DNA from: Octopus vulgaris
Lineage: Eukaryota
Direction: 5' to 3'
Length of the DNA stretch: 64,000 nucleotides
Assembly (NCBI GenBank): GCA_951406725.2
Contig: OX597818.1
Coordinates: 4,464,001-4,528,000 of the forward strand
The translations under genes and the position numbers were made by a program. This document shows positions 40,277 to 54,552 of the stretch, piece after piece (within the stretch, counting starts at the first letter, position 1; the number at the start of each line of letters is the position of its first letter). The notes beneath the pieces are model-generated. The model was given only the letters and a program-made list of their open reading frames with translations. It did not search any database and had not been told where the DNA came from.

Positions 40277-40690
40277 TTTTAAATATTTTAATTAATTGTA
40301 TCTTATTTTTCAAACAAGAATATATTTGTTAAGATATTTCGTATTTTACAAGATTATTTACGTATATTTATTAATTTATCTAATTAATCATTTTATTATT
40401 GTTGCTATCTTTAACCTGAAGAGTGGGTATATTTATATTGAAGTGATTTTACTACTACTACTATTATTTCTACTATTATCATTTCTTAAATATAGCCACG
40501 AAACACGTGTCGTTATTCTACCAAATATATACGTTTTATTTATTATTTTGCACATTACTTAATCATTTTTATATGTTATATCTTATATTTAATCTTTCTA
40601 TAATACGTAATTTTTGTGGATGGTATAATCTAATTTTTCATTATTGAATTGATAAAAGGTGTTTTTTTTTCTAATTTATATATATATATA
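38458..40690. repeat. Long AT-rich inverted repeat (~1.1 kb arms, ~60 bp spacer)
   Basis: 38458-39562 is reverse-complementary to 39625-40690; near-identical ORF translations at 38581(-) and 40296(+). Confidence 0.92.
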
Positions 40691-40729
40691 TATATTTGCA
40701 TTATATATATATATATTTGCATTTAATAA

Positions 40730-40775
<46 letters not shown>

Positions 40776-40776
40776 C

Positions 40777-40817
<41 letters not shown>

Positions 40818-41366
40818 CATATATATATACATATATATATTTGCATTTAATAAAAAGCTTTTCTCCTTCTTTAGCTACGCATATTCATAGTTTCAAAGCG
40901 CAAAATTTCAGTATAAATTATCTTGGTCAATAGTAACGGAAACAGCACCTTTCAATTTATATACGCGTAAATGTAATCTTTGTATTCGGGAATCCTTAAT
41001 CATTCTGCATATGCGCAATTCTTTAAAGTTAAGTAGATTTTCAAATGTCATCTTCCCCTGTAGACACAGTATTATTCGACCCGTAGATATTTGGTTAACT
41101 TTTCATAACTACACAATATACTATACGATTAAATCTGAAATATAAAAACTTGATTTATGTCATCTCCAACCCTCCACCTCTAACATTATTAATAGCTTGA
41201 TCTCAATAGTTGTATATTTTTCCATCTTACTACTGTACAATAATAAACAACAAATACATACCTAACACACACATACCATAATAATATGTATATCTATTTA
41301 TAAAGGTTGTCAGCATCGAATTCCACCTTAGTGTATGACAAATGTAGCCTTAGCAGTTGGAAAATA

Positions 41367-41457
41367 CCCTGAAGAAGGAGGTGGGGGATATTAGATGAAT
41401 GGAACTTAAATTCTATTGCATCTTTGTACCACTATGTCCTCTGAATCGACCGTTGGA
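41367..41457 (+). ncRNA. Degenerate hammerhead with long stem II
   Basis: cc-CTGAAGA-a-GGAGG...CCTCT-GAAT-cgaccg-TT-gg (GAAA changed to GAAT). Confidence 0.45.
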
Positions 41458-41769
41458 TGTTAACGAACTATAAACATCTATATGGATTTATAATATTCTC
41501 TGCACTCCACACATTCTGTGTATATAATTTTATATAATTTTTATCGTAAGTAGGACTATATATTGTATGCTCTCAATATATTGTTAGCATAATCATATAT
41601 TTATATCTATATATTTTTAATGTATTTTTGATATATTTTAAGTGAATTTATATATTTATATATTTATTAGTGTATGATTTTGTGCACATAATTTTACAAG
41701 AGAATATATTTTAGTAGCCTATCTTTTGTCTCTCATCATTATTTTTCATACATGTATATATATATATAA

Positions 41770-41960
41770 CGGGAAGCTTTATGAAAATAAACAAAAGACG
41801 AAGGCAGGTGGAATATAAACAAACAATTGTATAAGTACGGCGCTCAGGAATATAAATAAAACAAGTCTTTTACGTTTCGAGCCTACGCTCTACACAGAAA
41901 AGAAACACAGAAAGAAACAAGGGGAGAAAAAAATGCGTGCAGAAGCTAGCGAATCAACGA
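41770..41960 (-). mobile_element. PLE-type tail with decayed HHR between (TA)n tracts
   Basis: Minus strand tctttt-ctgtgta-GAGC-gtag-GCTC-GAAACGTA-aaaga. Confidence 0.5.
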
Positions 41961-42069
41961 ATGTGTATATATGTGTATATATATATGTATGTGTATATAT
42001 ATATACATGTGTATATATGTGTGTATATATATATGTATATATATATATGTATATATATATGTATATATA

Positions 42070-42194
<125 letters not shown>

Positions 42195-42511
42195 ATGATA
42201 TGGATTCGTAAGAGAATCGGATGCTTAAATAGTATGCACCAAGTAGGGTTGAATTAACTTGTAGTCATCACCTATGGTCGAACAGATATACAGCAAAATA
42301 TTCAGATTATGCACACAGAGAAAACCACTCCTACAAGTATCTAACGCCTAGGAGCTGGTCCAAAGCACGGGTTGCGTTAATCATACGTTGTTTGGTATAA
42401 TCTAGGGTGTCAGGCGTGTCATGAATCCCTTTCGTGTTTTATAAGAAATAACCGTATTTATCAGATGATTCATATAATTTCAAAATGATATATCGTTTTA
42501 ATATTATATGT

Positions 42512-42597
42512 ATCATCTGATGAATATGTTTTTTTTTTGCATTGATGTAATGTAATCATTGATCTATTAAAAATGTGTAAGAAACAGATGTAATGAT
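42512..42597 (+). ncRNA. Type I hammerhead, GUA triplet
   Basis: ATCAT-CTGATGA-atatgttttt...aaaaatgtgtaa-GAAA-cagatg-TA-ATGAT, followed by (TA)n. Confidence 0.55.
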
Positions 42598-42632
42598 CTG
42601 ACATTTATCCATCGTCTGTTATTATTCATTTG

Positions 42633-42915
<283 letters not shown>

Positions 42916-43899
42916 TACACACACACACACATATATATATAGTCAATTCAAGGATGTAATATCCTCATTAGGGATTAATAAACCCAAACGTTCACTGGTT
43001 TAATCTCCATCACGTTAGAAGAAAATCTCCACAGTGTGTTGTAGACTATTATAATAGTTAACATTAATAATCAAAAATCTAATAGAAAACTAGTGTTATA
43101 TAAGAAAAAATTACATCAGTTCTTCAATAGATTTGGACTAAATATTTCAATAGAGAGGGAGCATAATTCTGTAATGCAGGTAAATAAGCGCCTTACCACA
43201 AACCGAATTCTAAAATAACTTATATTAATATTAAAAGCATTAAACCAAATTCAATTACTAATTGTTTAGTTAAAAATATAGAAAAAAGAATTAATTACCT
43301 CTTTTATAAAAGGAGATTTTGATGAAAATAAATAATAATACAACATTGTATTGGAAAAGGCCGGATATAACCAAAATTAAATATAATAAACATATTGTTA
43401 ATAATATGAGTATAGACAAAGTGGTAAGAAGATGTAATAATAATAATATGAAAAACCTAAGATAAAGGGTAAAATAAATAATATAAATAAGGAAGAAATA
43501 GATAATGGAATACATAGTAGAAATATAGTAAGAATAACCCAAATCGAAACAGTGTAATAAATATAAATAAGACAAAAATACTAAGGTTTATCAATATAAC
43601 AATAACAAGGATGTAAACCTAGACATATTACACATAAAACCTAATTAAGGAAGCGCAAATTATGATATATATAGTAAATATATAAATAATGTAGTTATCG
43701 ACCAGATTAATAACTTGAAATCTAATGATAATAAGCATAGTAAAAACGGCAACCACAGTACTAAAATGAATAAAAATAGAAAATATATACCGTGTATAAA
43801 ATCCACCAAATCAAACACGTGAAATTACCATACTACTAATAAAATAAAATGAAAATATTATTTGGCTAATCTTGCCTTTTGCTAAACAAATAAAACCAA

Positions 43900-44640
43900 A
43901 TTTAATCGATGGTACACGTAGACTGATAAACAAGCACTTCGCTGGTAATTAGTGCAGTGAAATTATTAAGAATAAATTTTTTAAGATCTGGTTTTTCAGT
44001 AACTAGAAATTTATACAGATATATATCTTCTATTAATAATGCAAAATTAGATCATTTTTACGAGAATCATAAAATTAGTTTTTCTCCAAGAAATAGCGCA
44101 CATAATATATCCGCCACGAGTAAATTTGATAATTTTAGTTTAAACTATCAAGGAGAAATAACCGCCAATAAACCACCTATTTTAGTTAATTCCAAAAATA
44201 ATCTTAATAAATTGTGTGATTGCAAGGTTAAAGAAAAATGCAGATTTAATATTTATTGCAAGCGTAAGAATCTGGTATACCAAGCTATCGTGGAAGCAGA
44301 AGGGAAAAATTACTTCTGTATTAGATCGACTGAATGTTTTGTGAAAACTAGAATTTCTAATCATGAAACTACTTTAAGAAATCGATTCAAACGCAATAAT
44401 ACAAGCCTTAGCAAATTCATTTGGAGATTAAAAGATAGCAATATTAGTTTTAAAATTAGATAGAAAGTATTAACCTTTGCAAAATCTTATTACCCCACCC
44501 CCCACCAGACAGACTTTGTTCCTTATGTATAACAGAAAGCTATGATATTCTACTCTCTAAAAACCAATTATTGAATGAGAGGATTGAGAAAGTTTCGGCC
44601 TCCCTACATGCACCTAATATCTATTTTCCAAATATCAATA
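43900..44640 (+). mobile_element. PLE remnant: Cys-rich GIY-YIG endonuclease (Nematis/Naiad-like pattern)
   Basis: CDCKVKEKCRFNIYC..NLVYQAIV..KTRISNHE..TSLSKFIWRLKD, downstream LCSLCITE. Confidence 0.75.
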
Positions 44641-45009
44641 AAGGATTTCTAAATTATTATTATTAGATAGTAGATTGGATACGTTCTATATTAACCATTA
44701 AATTTTATATTTCAGTTTTCTAGTTTCTGATTGAGTTTCTTTTTTATTTCCTAAACTTTCTGCGATTTGTTTCGTTAGTTTATTTGTTTCTGTAAGTAAT
44801 GCAATAAATTTGTGTTCAATAAAAAATTACTTAATAAACATTTATATACTATAAAAGTTATTAAATGCAAAAAGGGCGTTGGTTCTATCACACCCTGTAT
44901 ATATGTAAGATTAACTTATTTTATTTTACTTCATTGTATCCATTTGTATTACAAAATAGATAGTGGTGTTCATACACCTGTCTTCGTCTTTTGTTTTACT
45001 GTAAATTTC

Positions 45010-45055
<46 letters not shown>

Positions 45056-45101
45056 TTATATATATATATGTATGTATGTATGTTTATGTGTGTGTGTGTG
45101 C

Positions 45102-45139
<38 letters not shown>

Positions 45140-45274
45140 TCTTTTATTCTTTCTTCCACTCTTTCTTCTGTCGGCCTGCTCGCTTAGCCAGCGGGGTGGC
45201 GTCATTCGAAGGCTAAAACAATGCGAACGCATTGTGACCAGCGATGTGTAACTACATCTGATGGTCTGATCGGT

Positions 45275-45316
<42 letters not shown>

Positions 45317-46156
45317 CAGGTGTATATAGTTAATAAAAGAAAATGGAGAAGAAAATATAGTGGATATTTGATTGAATTTATTTGTTTCACAATGAAAAAG
45401 TAATACATATATATAAGATTCAGGATATAAAGGGAGCTGATCAACAAAAGAAATGACCCAAAAAATCCTGCATGTTTCAATCCGGTTTTAGGTTTGAATT
45501 ATCAGCATTCAAGCTATTTTATATGTAAAATAAACATATTTATTCAGATATCCTCAAGGATAGATGTGCACCTTCTGTGCTGAGGACCGTGTAAACAATA
45601 ATTTGTTAGGACGCCGAGTTCATGTAAGGAGATATTATATATTGAAATTTTACTAAAATACTATAATGCATTTGGAAAATATACATATAAGGGATTAAGG
45701 AACATTAAGGAGTCATTTAATTATAATGAGTGATGTTATGGGCTGTTAAGAGTATTAAAGACAGAGTGAGAGATGAAAAAAACATAATGAAAAAACATAA
45801 ATGATTTTGGGAAATACTATAATAACTATTAATTATTTATCATTTCTATATACTAACATATACGTTCCAATATTCAGAGAAAAGTTATTGTTTAATTATT
45901 TATCATTTCTAGTTACTAACATATACATTCCAATGTTCAAGGAAAAGTTATTATTTACATACTACGGAGATGAATATAAATGTTTATGCGAAAAAAATAA
46001 TAAATAAGTGTATAGAGAGAAAAGTAGATTTTATGAGGGAAAAATAACATAAAGAGACGAAATGGGAGAAAAGTGAGATAAAAACACAATTTTTTTTGTG
46101 GGGTATTAGATACAAAAAAAATAAAATAAAAGAGAAGAGAAAAAATTTGTTTATAT

Positions 46157-46601
46157 GGATCTTTTCAGTTTGAACGGCAATTTTTAAAAATAATTTCCAC
46201 GTAACAAAACACTTTTAAACTTCGTATACTGGTAGAATGTGTTTATAAAACATCTTTTTCTCTTGGCTTTATTGAGAAAATTCTATGGTTTGTAAGATAT
46301 TTGTTGTTTTTTTCTTCAATTTCTGCAATTTCAACCAATCAATGACATCTATTGAGGTGAAAAACATTCTGTGCCGTATGAATATGTCCCTCGTTTAAGA
46401 AACAGATTGGGTTTATTTACATTTCTGAAGAAAAAAAGATACCCTTCCCCCCACCCCTAACCCTAACCCCAACTCTAACCCTAACTAACCCTAATCCTAA
46501 AACAGATTGAAATGCAATAGATCGATACTAGGGTCATAATTATGGGTGACACTTTCATATGACACCGCTAGAAAAAACTGCCGTTCAAACCGAAAAGATC
46601 C
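46157..46601. mobile_element. Merlin-like MITE, ~30 bp TIRs, 8-bp TSD, short internal (CCCTAA)n
   Basis: GGATCTTTTCAGTTTGAACGGCA / TGCCGTTCAAACCGAAAAGATCC; TSD GTTTATAT at 46149-46156 and 46602-46609; internal similarity to 33650-34460. Confidence 0.85.
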
Positions 46602-47669
46602 GTTTATATTATACTACGATGTTGTTTTTAGAATGTTATTTGGAGAAATGTTATAATAATTGTTATTTGGGATTTCGATTAGTAAGATATATTTTTCGTT
46701 GTTCTAAGAAAAAGTATTCATTAATTCCTGCGACCTGTACACTATATGACTGCGCATATGACACTCTTCTGTCACTTTTTGCAAGATTAATTCAGTGTCT
46801 TGTGTCAATTTTGTTAATATTCTCGCACGACAAATATCAAACGTTTAAACAACTCTCTTAACTTGAATTTTTCGCATGCTTTGTTTACAATGCCTACTTA
46901 TGTAACAAAGTCATCATTTTCATTTAAAAAAAAATTACGGCATGAGTACCGTTACTGTCAAACTAGAGAGGGTATCTTTTCAAGTCGGCGTAAAAGCGAG
47001 CCAGAGAGAGCGCGATTGGATCGGGGAAGTTTTTTGAAGTTGGCGTTCCGTGTATGTGTGTGTCTGTGTCTGTGTGTCTGTGTGAATGCTACAATTTTGT
47101 TCCAGCTGCTAACTTTTTCTTTCTCTCGGTTTCTTTTTTTTAATGTTTGTTGGCGATTTTATGATCAGATTCATAGATACGTTTTTATTGTTTTTCGTTT
47201 ATATTATTTGTTTTGAAATGTATTAGATAAGTACAGGCCCGTAATTCAATTCTTGTTAGTATGAATCAGGAAACCCTTGGATGCAGAGACGTTTGGAACT
47301 TAAAATCTTTCATTTTATTTTCGTTTTGCACACACGCCTGTACACACAAACACAGACTCACAAGCACACACACACACAGACACAAGCACACATACACAGA
47401 CACACAAACACACTCTCTCTCTCACACACACACACGCACGCACGCACATCAATTCTTCCGATTCACGCCAACTTCAAAATAACTTCCCTCATACAATGAC
47501 GCTCTCTCTGTCTCTTTCGCTTTCACGCCGACTTCAAACGATCCCATTTCGCCTCAACACCATATGTAAAAAAAAAATTTTTAATTACGGAAATCGGCGA
47601 TTATCTTCACAAATGTAAATAAACACACGTGGTTTGTAAGTAGCAGTCGCGTGTTCTTGTAACGAAAGA

Positions 47670-48150
47670 TCGCCTTTTAATTATTTCTTCAAAACAAATT
47701 TCTGGCGGCTTTTTTGGTAGAATAAAGTTGCAGTATTTCTCGTGCTCTGACGGAGCTAGTTTACACAAAAGAAGTCCTATCTTCTTTTCGTTTGTCCAGC
47801 CTTTGCACTCCTTTTTAAATATTTCTTCATACATTCTATAGTATGAAGAAAATGTAACCTCATCGTCGGGATTATACGGGAATTCTTCAACGGAGTTGGA
47901 CGAATACGACGCGGCTGCGTTCTTGGATTGTAGCAATAACTCTATCAACTGCTGGTTTAGCTGTTGTTGTTGCTGTTCACAGTATTCTTGCTGCTGTTGT
48001 AACAGTTTCTGTTGCAACTGTTGTTGTTGCTTCACAGCGGAAGCTAGTAGTTCTTCCATTTCGACATTCCTACGAGCATTCGTAACCTCGTTACCACTGT
48101 TATAACGACACCGTTATACAGTGTGGGGTATCCTTGTTGCCACTGATATG
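47670..48150 (-). mobile_element. Gypsy LTR-retrotransposon gag remnant with PBS-like site
   Basis: EFPYNPDDEVTFSSYYRMYEEIF..W..EKKIGLLL.KL...HEKYCNFILPKKP; 'tatca-g-TGGCAACAAGGA' at ~48130-48147. Confidence 0.7.
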
Positions 48151-49041
48151 ACGTACGACATATCAATAGGTATCATTAATATGGAAAAGTTTAATTGATA
48201 GAATATTGAATATGCTGCTGAGAACTAATATACAATTTATAATGTCAATGTTGGTGTACATATTGATATGGAAGAAAAAAGTATTGCAATTGACCAAGAA
48301 GGGGATATTGTATATTATTGCCTAGAGTTAAGAATAAATTGATAATAGAGTTTGGGATTAAGTTTTGGAGTTTAAATAAAACTTGAGTATAGGTGAGTTA
48401 ATTAAATTAATGGAAATAAAAATTTTATATATGGAGCATAAGTATGGTGAGATTAGCAAGGAGGGGATATTACATTATTGTACTATGATAAGAGAAGTTT
48501 GGGATTAATATAAAGTTCATAATTAGAAAATTTAATATTAATATTAAGGGTTAATTGAGGATTAAGGGGATAAAAAATAATGGTTATAATTATGCGTTCA
48601 ATAAGAAAGAATGTTATTGAATAATATGCAGATAAATACTAATTATTCTACTTGAACAGCAAGATTTTCATTAAAGATGTGATTAGGATGGAATATATGT
48701 ATCATCGGAGTAAGTTATGTTTATATATAAATATATTCAAGGCATTGTATGTTATTATTATAGTATAGTGAAATAATATGTATTGGAAAAGAATTATACG
48801 ATTATATAAATTTGGAAAAAGTATATTTATGTGCATGAAAACATTGGTAAATTTTTTCAGATTTATCATTTAAGAGATTGTGCTTAGAGAATAGTATGTG
48901 ATAGGTTTCATCTAGGCAGAGCGAGCAAGTCTTGGCTGGTGGTCTATAGGGTAGAGCATTATTTAGAACTTAATCTCTTATATGAATATTTTCCAAATAC
49001 ATTATAGTAAACTCGCTTTTTGAGTTTAGAAAGGCACGAAG

Positions 49042-49083
<42 letters not shown>

Positions 49084-49084
<1 letters not shown>

Positions 49085-52005
49085 CTAGTTTCAGCTCATG
49101 AGCTGTGGCCATGCTGGGGCACCGCCATTTGGTGTTGCTACTTGGTTTACTTCACGAAAGCTTTTTAGCAACTGCCATTTGGTGCATGAGAGAGTTCGAT
49201 GCAGCTGCCCTCATCTGCACCTCCTGCCGTGAAGTTGGTTCATCTGGGACACCTGACAGGAAGAGATCCAGTTCCATTTTAAAGACATCTGCATCCACCC
49301 CATGCAGGTCTCTCAGGTTCTTCGGGAGGATATTGAAGAGCTGTGGGCCACGGAAGCCCAGGCTATCACAGTATCTTGTCCTACATCTTGATGGCAAATT
49401 TGGAGTCCTAGGCACCACGCAGTGGCGCCCAGTTCTGGCATTTGTGTAACTCTCGATGCCAAAGTTTGGGACACGTCCCTCCAGGATCTTCCAGATGTAT
49501 ATTATGGCATATCTTTCCCGCCTACGCTCCAAGGAATATAGTTTTAATCTCTTGAGTCTTTCTGCATAGAGGCTATCTTCTTCGTGTAGCTACGCTGGAT
49601 CGCCTCGAGCTCTATGATCAACTTGACACTGGATGGTGACCATAACTGAGAGCAATAGTCAAAGTGGCTTAGGACAAGTGTCCTCCAGAGGACCATCATG
49701 GTTTCTTGTTCTCTTGTTCTAAAGGTTCTGAGAATCCAGCCAGTCAGCCGTCTACATTTTATTGCCAGTTTAGCAACATGTACATGAAAGGTCGCATCAT
49801 CACTCATGTGAATACCCAGGTCACGCACTGATTGTGCCTCTGGGATTGCAATCCCTCCGGGTCCAGTGTATTCATTGGGTGTTGCATTCAGTTTTGCATG
49901 CTGATAGTATAAAGCTTGAAACTTTTCAGCATTGAACTGCATGCTATTCTTTTCAGCCCACTTGTATATTTCATCCAGCTCACATTGCAGGTGCTTAGTG
50001 TCTTCAGGGTTCTGTATTGCCTGTGAAACTTTTGTATCATCTGCATAACTTGTGATCGTGGCTCTCTGCGTGGCTGAGGGCATGTCTGAGAGGGCCATTA
50101 TGAACAGTAGTGGTCCCAAAACAGTGCCCTGCGGAACACCGCTCACTATTTGTGTGTTAATTGTGTGTTAATTGGCTGCTACCACCTGACTTCTATTCTT
50201 CAGAAAGTCATGAAGCCATTCTCCCAATTTTCCAACTATGCCAAGATCACGCAGTTTGTGACATATCATTCCATGATCGACTTTATCAAAGGCCTTTGCA
50301 AAGTCGAGATATATCACTTCCACATTTGAGTGGTTGAGCAGCCGTTTCAGCACCCAGTCATAGTGTTGTAGGAGCTGAGTTAAACAGCTTCTCCCTGGTC
50401 GGAAACCATGTTGGGTGTCGGGCAGCAAGTCATTTTCTTCAAGGAAGGTGATCAGTTTCCTTCTGACTATTCGTTCCATGACCTTGCTGATGTGTGAGGT
50501 GAGAGAGATAGGTCTGTAGTTCTTGGCCTCTGCTCTGCTACCACCTTTATGAATAGGGCATATTTTACCTTCCTTCAGTTTTTTTGGAAGTTTGCCAGCT
50601 GCAAGGAAGCTCTGAAAGAGGATCTGCAGTGGTCTTGCTAGGACTCTCTTACATACTTTTAGGAGGATTGCCGGGAATCCATCGGGGCCAATAGCTGATT
50701 CTGTTTTCATTTCATCTATGGCCTTTATTACATCGTCTTCCTTTATATCGATGTAATTTATCGTCGCCGCCTCTGATTTTATATCTGCAGTGGTAAAGAA
50801 GTCAGTTAGATTGGTGATTTGGAAATGCCCGAGGGGTGGAGTGAAAACACTCTTGAATTGCTCATTCAGTATTTCACTTACCCTCATTAGTTTTCCTGTG
50901 AGTGTGCCATCCTTTTCAAGGAGTGGCCCTATCCTACAGTGCATCGTAGCTGTTTCTTTGGCATACCTGTAGAAAGCTCTGGGGTTAGATTTTATGTTGT
51001 CTATAGCCCAGGCTTCTTTGTCTGCTCTTTCCTTTTCATGGGAGAGTTGCAGACATTTTTCCATTTCCAACAGTTTTATTTTCAGGCGGGACTTTTCACT
51101 GCTTTCAATCTGTTTGTTTAGGCGATTTGAAATTTTTGTACGCCGTCTCATTAAGATTTTCCTCTCTCTGGGGATTTTGTTCTTGTGTACAGTGGCCTTT
51201 CTCTCTGGGACACATTTGTGTCTTGCGTTACAGACATGAATTGCGTTACAGACATGGCTTGCGTTACAGACATGAATTGTTGAAGTTTCACGTCGATGTC
51301 TGGCGAGGAGAGACATTTAGGCCAGTTTTGTTTGAGGATCTCTTTCTCAATTTGTTTCCAGTTTGCCTTATGGTAGTTCAAGCTGGAAAGATTCTGAGGG
51401 TTTCTTGTAGGTTGCATGTCCGTGCTCTCTTTTGGCCCGTACATGGTCAGCTCTACCATGTTGTGATCCGAGAGTAGTGTCGGTGTCACTTTCACATTAT
51501 GGATGAGATCCATATTATTTGTGAAGCAGAGATCCAGTGTGTTACCTGCCCTGGTTGGTTGGAGTATTACTTGCTCCATGTACAGGGTGTTGATGAGGTT
51601 CAGGAGGGACCTCGCCTGTCCTCGTTCACATCTTGTCATTCCTGGGAGAGAAAGGCTCTCGGGCCATCTGACATTGGGTAGATTGAAGTCTCCCATAAGA
51701 AGTACACTTATGTGTTGTTCTAATGTGATTAGAACTTCTTCTATTTTTATAAGGCAGTCTTCAAACTTGCCCACATGGCTTGGGGCATCTGGAGGGCGAT
51801 ATGTAGCACACACAACTACATCAAGTTGCCTTATATGTACAATTAGTGTGTCACACACCGAGTTTGAGTATGACAAGAGGACCTGGGGTGTGAGGTCCTC
51901 ACGGATGTACATAGCAACTCCTCCATGACTCCTTTCTTTTCTGTCGGTCCGTAGTACAACATACTGTGGTATGTGTAACTCCGCATCTGCTATGTCCGGT
52001 TTCAG
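49084..52005 (-). mobile_element. CR1-group LINE (APE + RT), 5'-truncated and frameshifted, with (ATCA)n tail
   Basis: GGVAMYI, YRPP, GDFNLP, LDLCFT, SDH; NYRPISLTS, QHGFR, YLDFAKAFDKV, SGVPQGTVLGP, YADD; 18-bp triplication at 51223-51278; tail repeat 49044-49084. Confidence 0.92.
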
Positions 52006-52145
52006 ACATGTGGACATTTTTTTAGAATTATTCTCCTTTCGGCCAAGCAAAGCTTGGCACGTCTACTTCCGTTCAGGTATGACTCGGGTTGTTCGAGCAG
52101 TTTCCAGATGATTTGGTACGGCTCTTTTTCCATTTTTAATCGCCA

Positions 52146-52395
<250 letters not shown>

Positions 52396-53401
52396 TATAT
52401 ATACCAATGTAACGTTGCAACTATCTTGGATTCTTAAAGAGGACCTTTTGTTATTTAGCCTCCGATGCTCCAACATATTTCTGTGTGTGTGTGTTTGTTT
52501 GCATGTGTGCGTGTCTGCGTGTGTGTCTCCATTGCTGCCCTACTTCTGCTTTACAGACCACGGCCTCGGGATTTCATCGACCATGACGTCATCGTCGTAT
52601 AAAATGTTTACGGTAGTTGATTTATGGAAAATATTATAATGTTAAATTTTTGAAATGCAAATATGTGAAGGACAATGAAGTGTAATTTGTAGCTGAAATA
52701 GTACTGAATCTTTTGATACCCCATACGTCAACATTGGTAACTTGGTTTTGGAATGCATAAGGAATATATATATATATATATATAGGACAGACTTCTTACG
52801 AAGATGAAATTTTTTTTCGCCCAGGACACTGCATGGACCTTAAGTAAGGCATGTGTAAAATTTGAAATTCGGTTGAAAATTGTAGGGGTAGAAGTGGTTC
52901 ACACAACACACAGACAGACAACTTACCCTTCAATATATGATATATGTATGTATGTATGTATGTATGTGTGTATGTATGTATGTATGTATGCCTGTATATA
53001 TGTGAGATAATAGTTTCACTTTAATAGTTTCAGTATTAATAGTGGAGTTATTAAACTGAAAGTATCTCACATTACAATAGAGAGATGCTATTGTTTCACT
53101 TTTGACACGTAATACTGAAATAGTGTAAGAGATAAGAGATTGCGCTGGGTTCGCATTAGGCAAGAAGCTGAAACTTTTTTGGTCCGTGACACTACATGGA
53201 TCCTAAGCAAAGCATGTGTAAAATTTGAATGAAATATATATATATATATATATTCTTTATTTGTGAATGAAGGCTACCATTGGTTTCATGTTAAGAAGAG
53301 TAGGACAAAACCTAGTGTCTTAACAATTTTTCAAGCCGATCACATGGAGAAAAGTGTTCGCTTCCATTTTGGAAATCGAGTCTGTTTTCCAAGATATATA
53401 A

Positions 53402-53968
53402 ATACCATCAATTCAAAATTTTATCCACAGATGATATTAGCACTCGTGACAACTTATTTCAAATCTTAGCGTTTGAATGTTTTGTTTATAAATATTTCTG
53501 CAACATATGCTGCGTTTTTGGCGCAAACAAAACCAGTACACTAACGGAGTTAAACGTGACGGCTTCGAATTTTTACTCGGTAGTCCACACTGAAGAGGCT
53601 CAAGGATTAAATTTTCCAAAAGCCGAAACCCAGTATGTGGATGTCCTAAACGGCATAATCTTTTATAGTTGGGCTTTTGAATGTATTAATTCTTTCCGTT
53701 TCCTCGCCTACTGTTATTTCTCTGCTATCTTGGTGCTGTACGGTGGTTTAATTAAGACTTTAGGTCTTATTTCTAGCAGGTGTATGCTTTTATGCATCCT
53801 TATGGTTTGTGGAAATTTATAATTTATAGCTATATAATGCTATTTGCCTGCGAACAACCAATGTTACTACTGTTGATACCATCAATTTTCAATTTTATCC
53901 ACATATGATATTAGCAGTAGTGACAACTTATTTCAAATCATAGTGTTTGAATGTTTTGTTTATATATA
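53402..53968 (+). mobile_element. ~475 bp unit bounded by ~90 bp direct repeats, containing a tRNA-like segment and a hammerhead
   Basis: 53402-53492 resembles 53876-53968. Confidence 0.65.
53583..53642 (+). ncRNA. Intact-looking type I hammerhead, GUA triplet
   Basis: GTCCACA-CTGAAGA-GGCT-(20 nt)-AGCC-GAAA-C-cca-G-TA-TGTGGAT. Confidence 0.75.
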
Positions 53969-53979
53969 TACACGTCTAC

Positions 53980-54014
<35 letters not shown>

Positions 54015-54046
54015 GTCCACATAATATATATATATATACACTACAT

Positions 54047-54084
<38 letters not shown>

Positions 54085-54118
54085 CATACACAAACACACG
54101 CACAACACACACATACAA

Positions 54119-54149
<31 letters not shown>

Positions 54150-54552
54150 CACATATAAATAAGAAATAGTGATACAACGAGGCATCAATGTTTGATGGAA
54201 ATAGCAGTCGCTATGTAAAGCTTCGTTGAAATGTATACTGGCAAAGAGGTATGCGGGCAGCGAACTTTAAAAAATTTTCGTCTTATCTCTAGGAATAACA
54301 TCGGAAAATGGACTACCTAAAATGGATAATTTAGGACCCGAGTTTCGGACTTTCCAAAATACGTTTGTTACCATAAATTTGATTAGTTCCCACCAGCTAG
54401 CTTCCCCTGAGGCGAAAATTTAAAATATCGTTACATCTTGCCAGTATATTCGGCTGAACGTCTAGCCGTTTACAGAACTGAGATTAGTGAAAATGTTTTC
54501 TATAAAATTTAAAAATATCATTGCAATACAATACAATAGTATCACTTTACGG

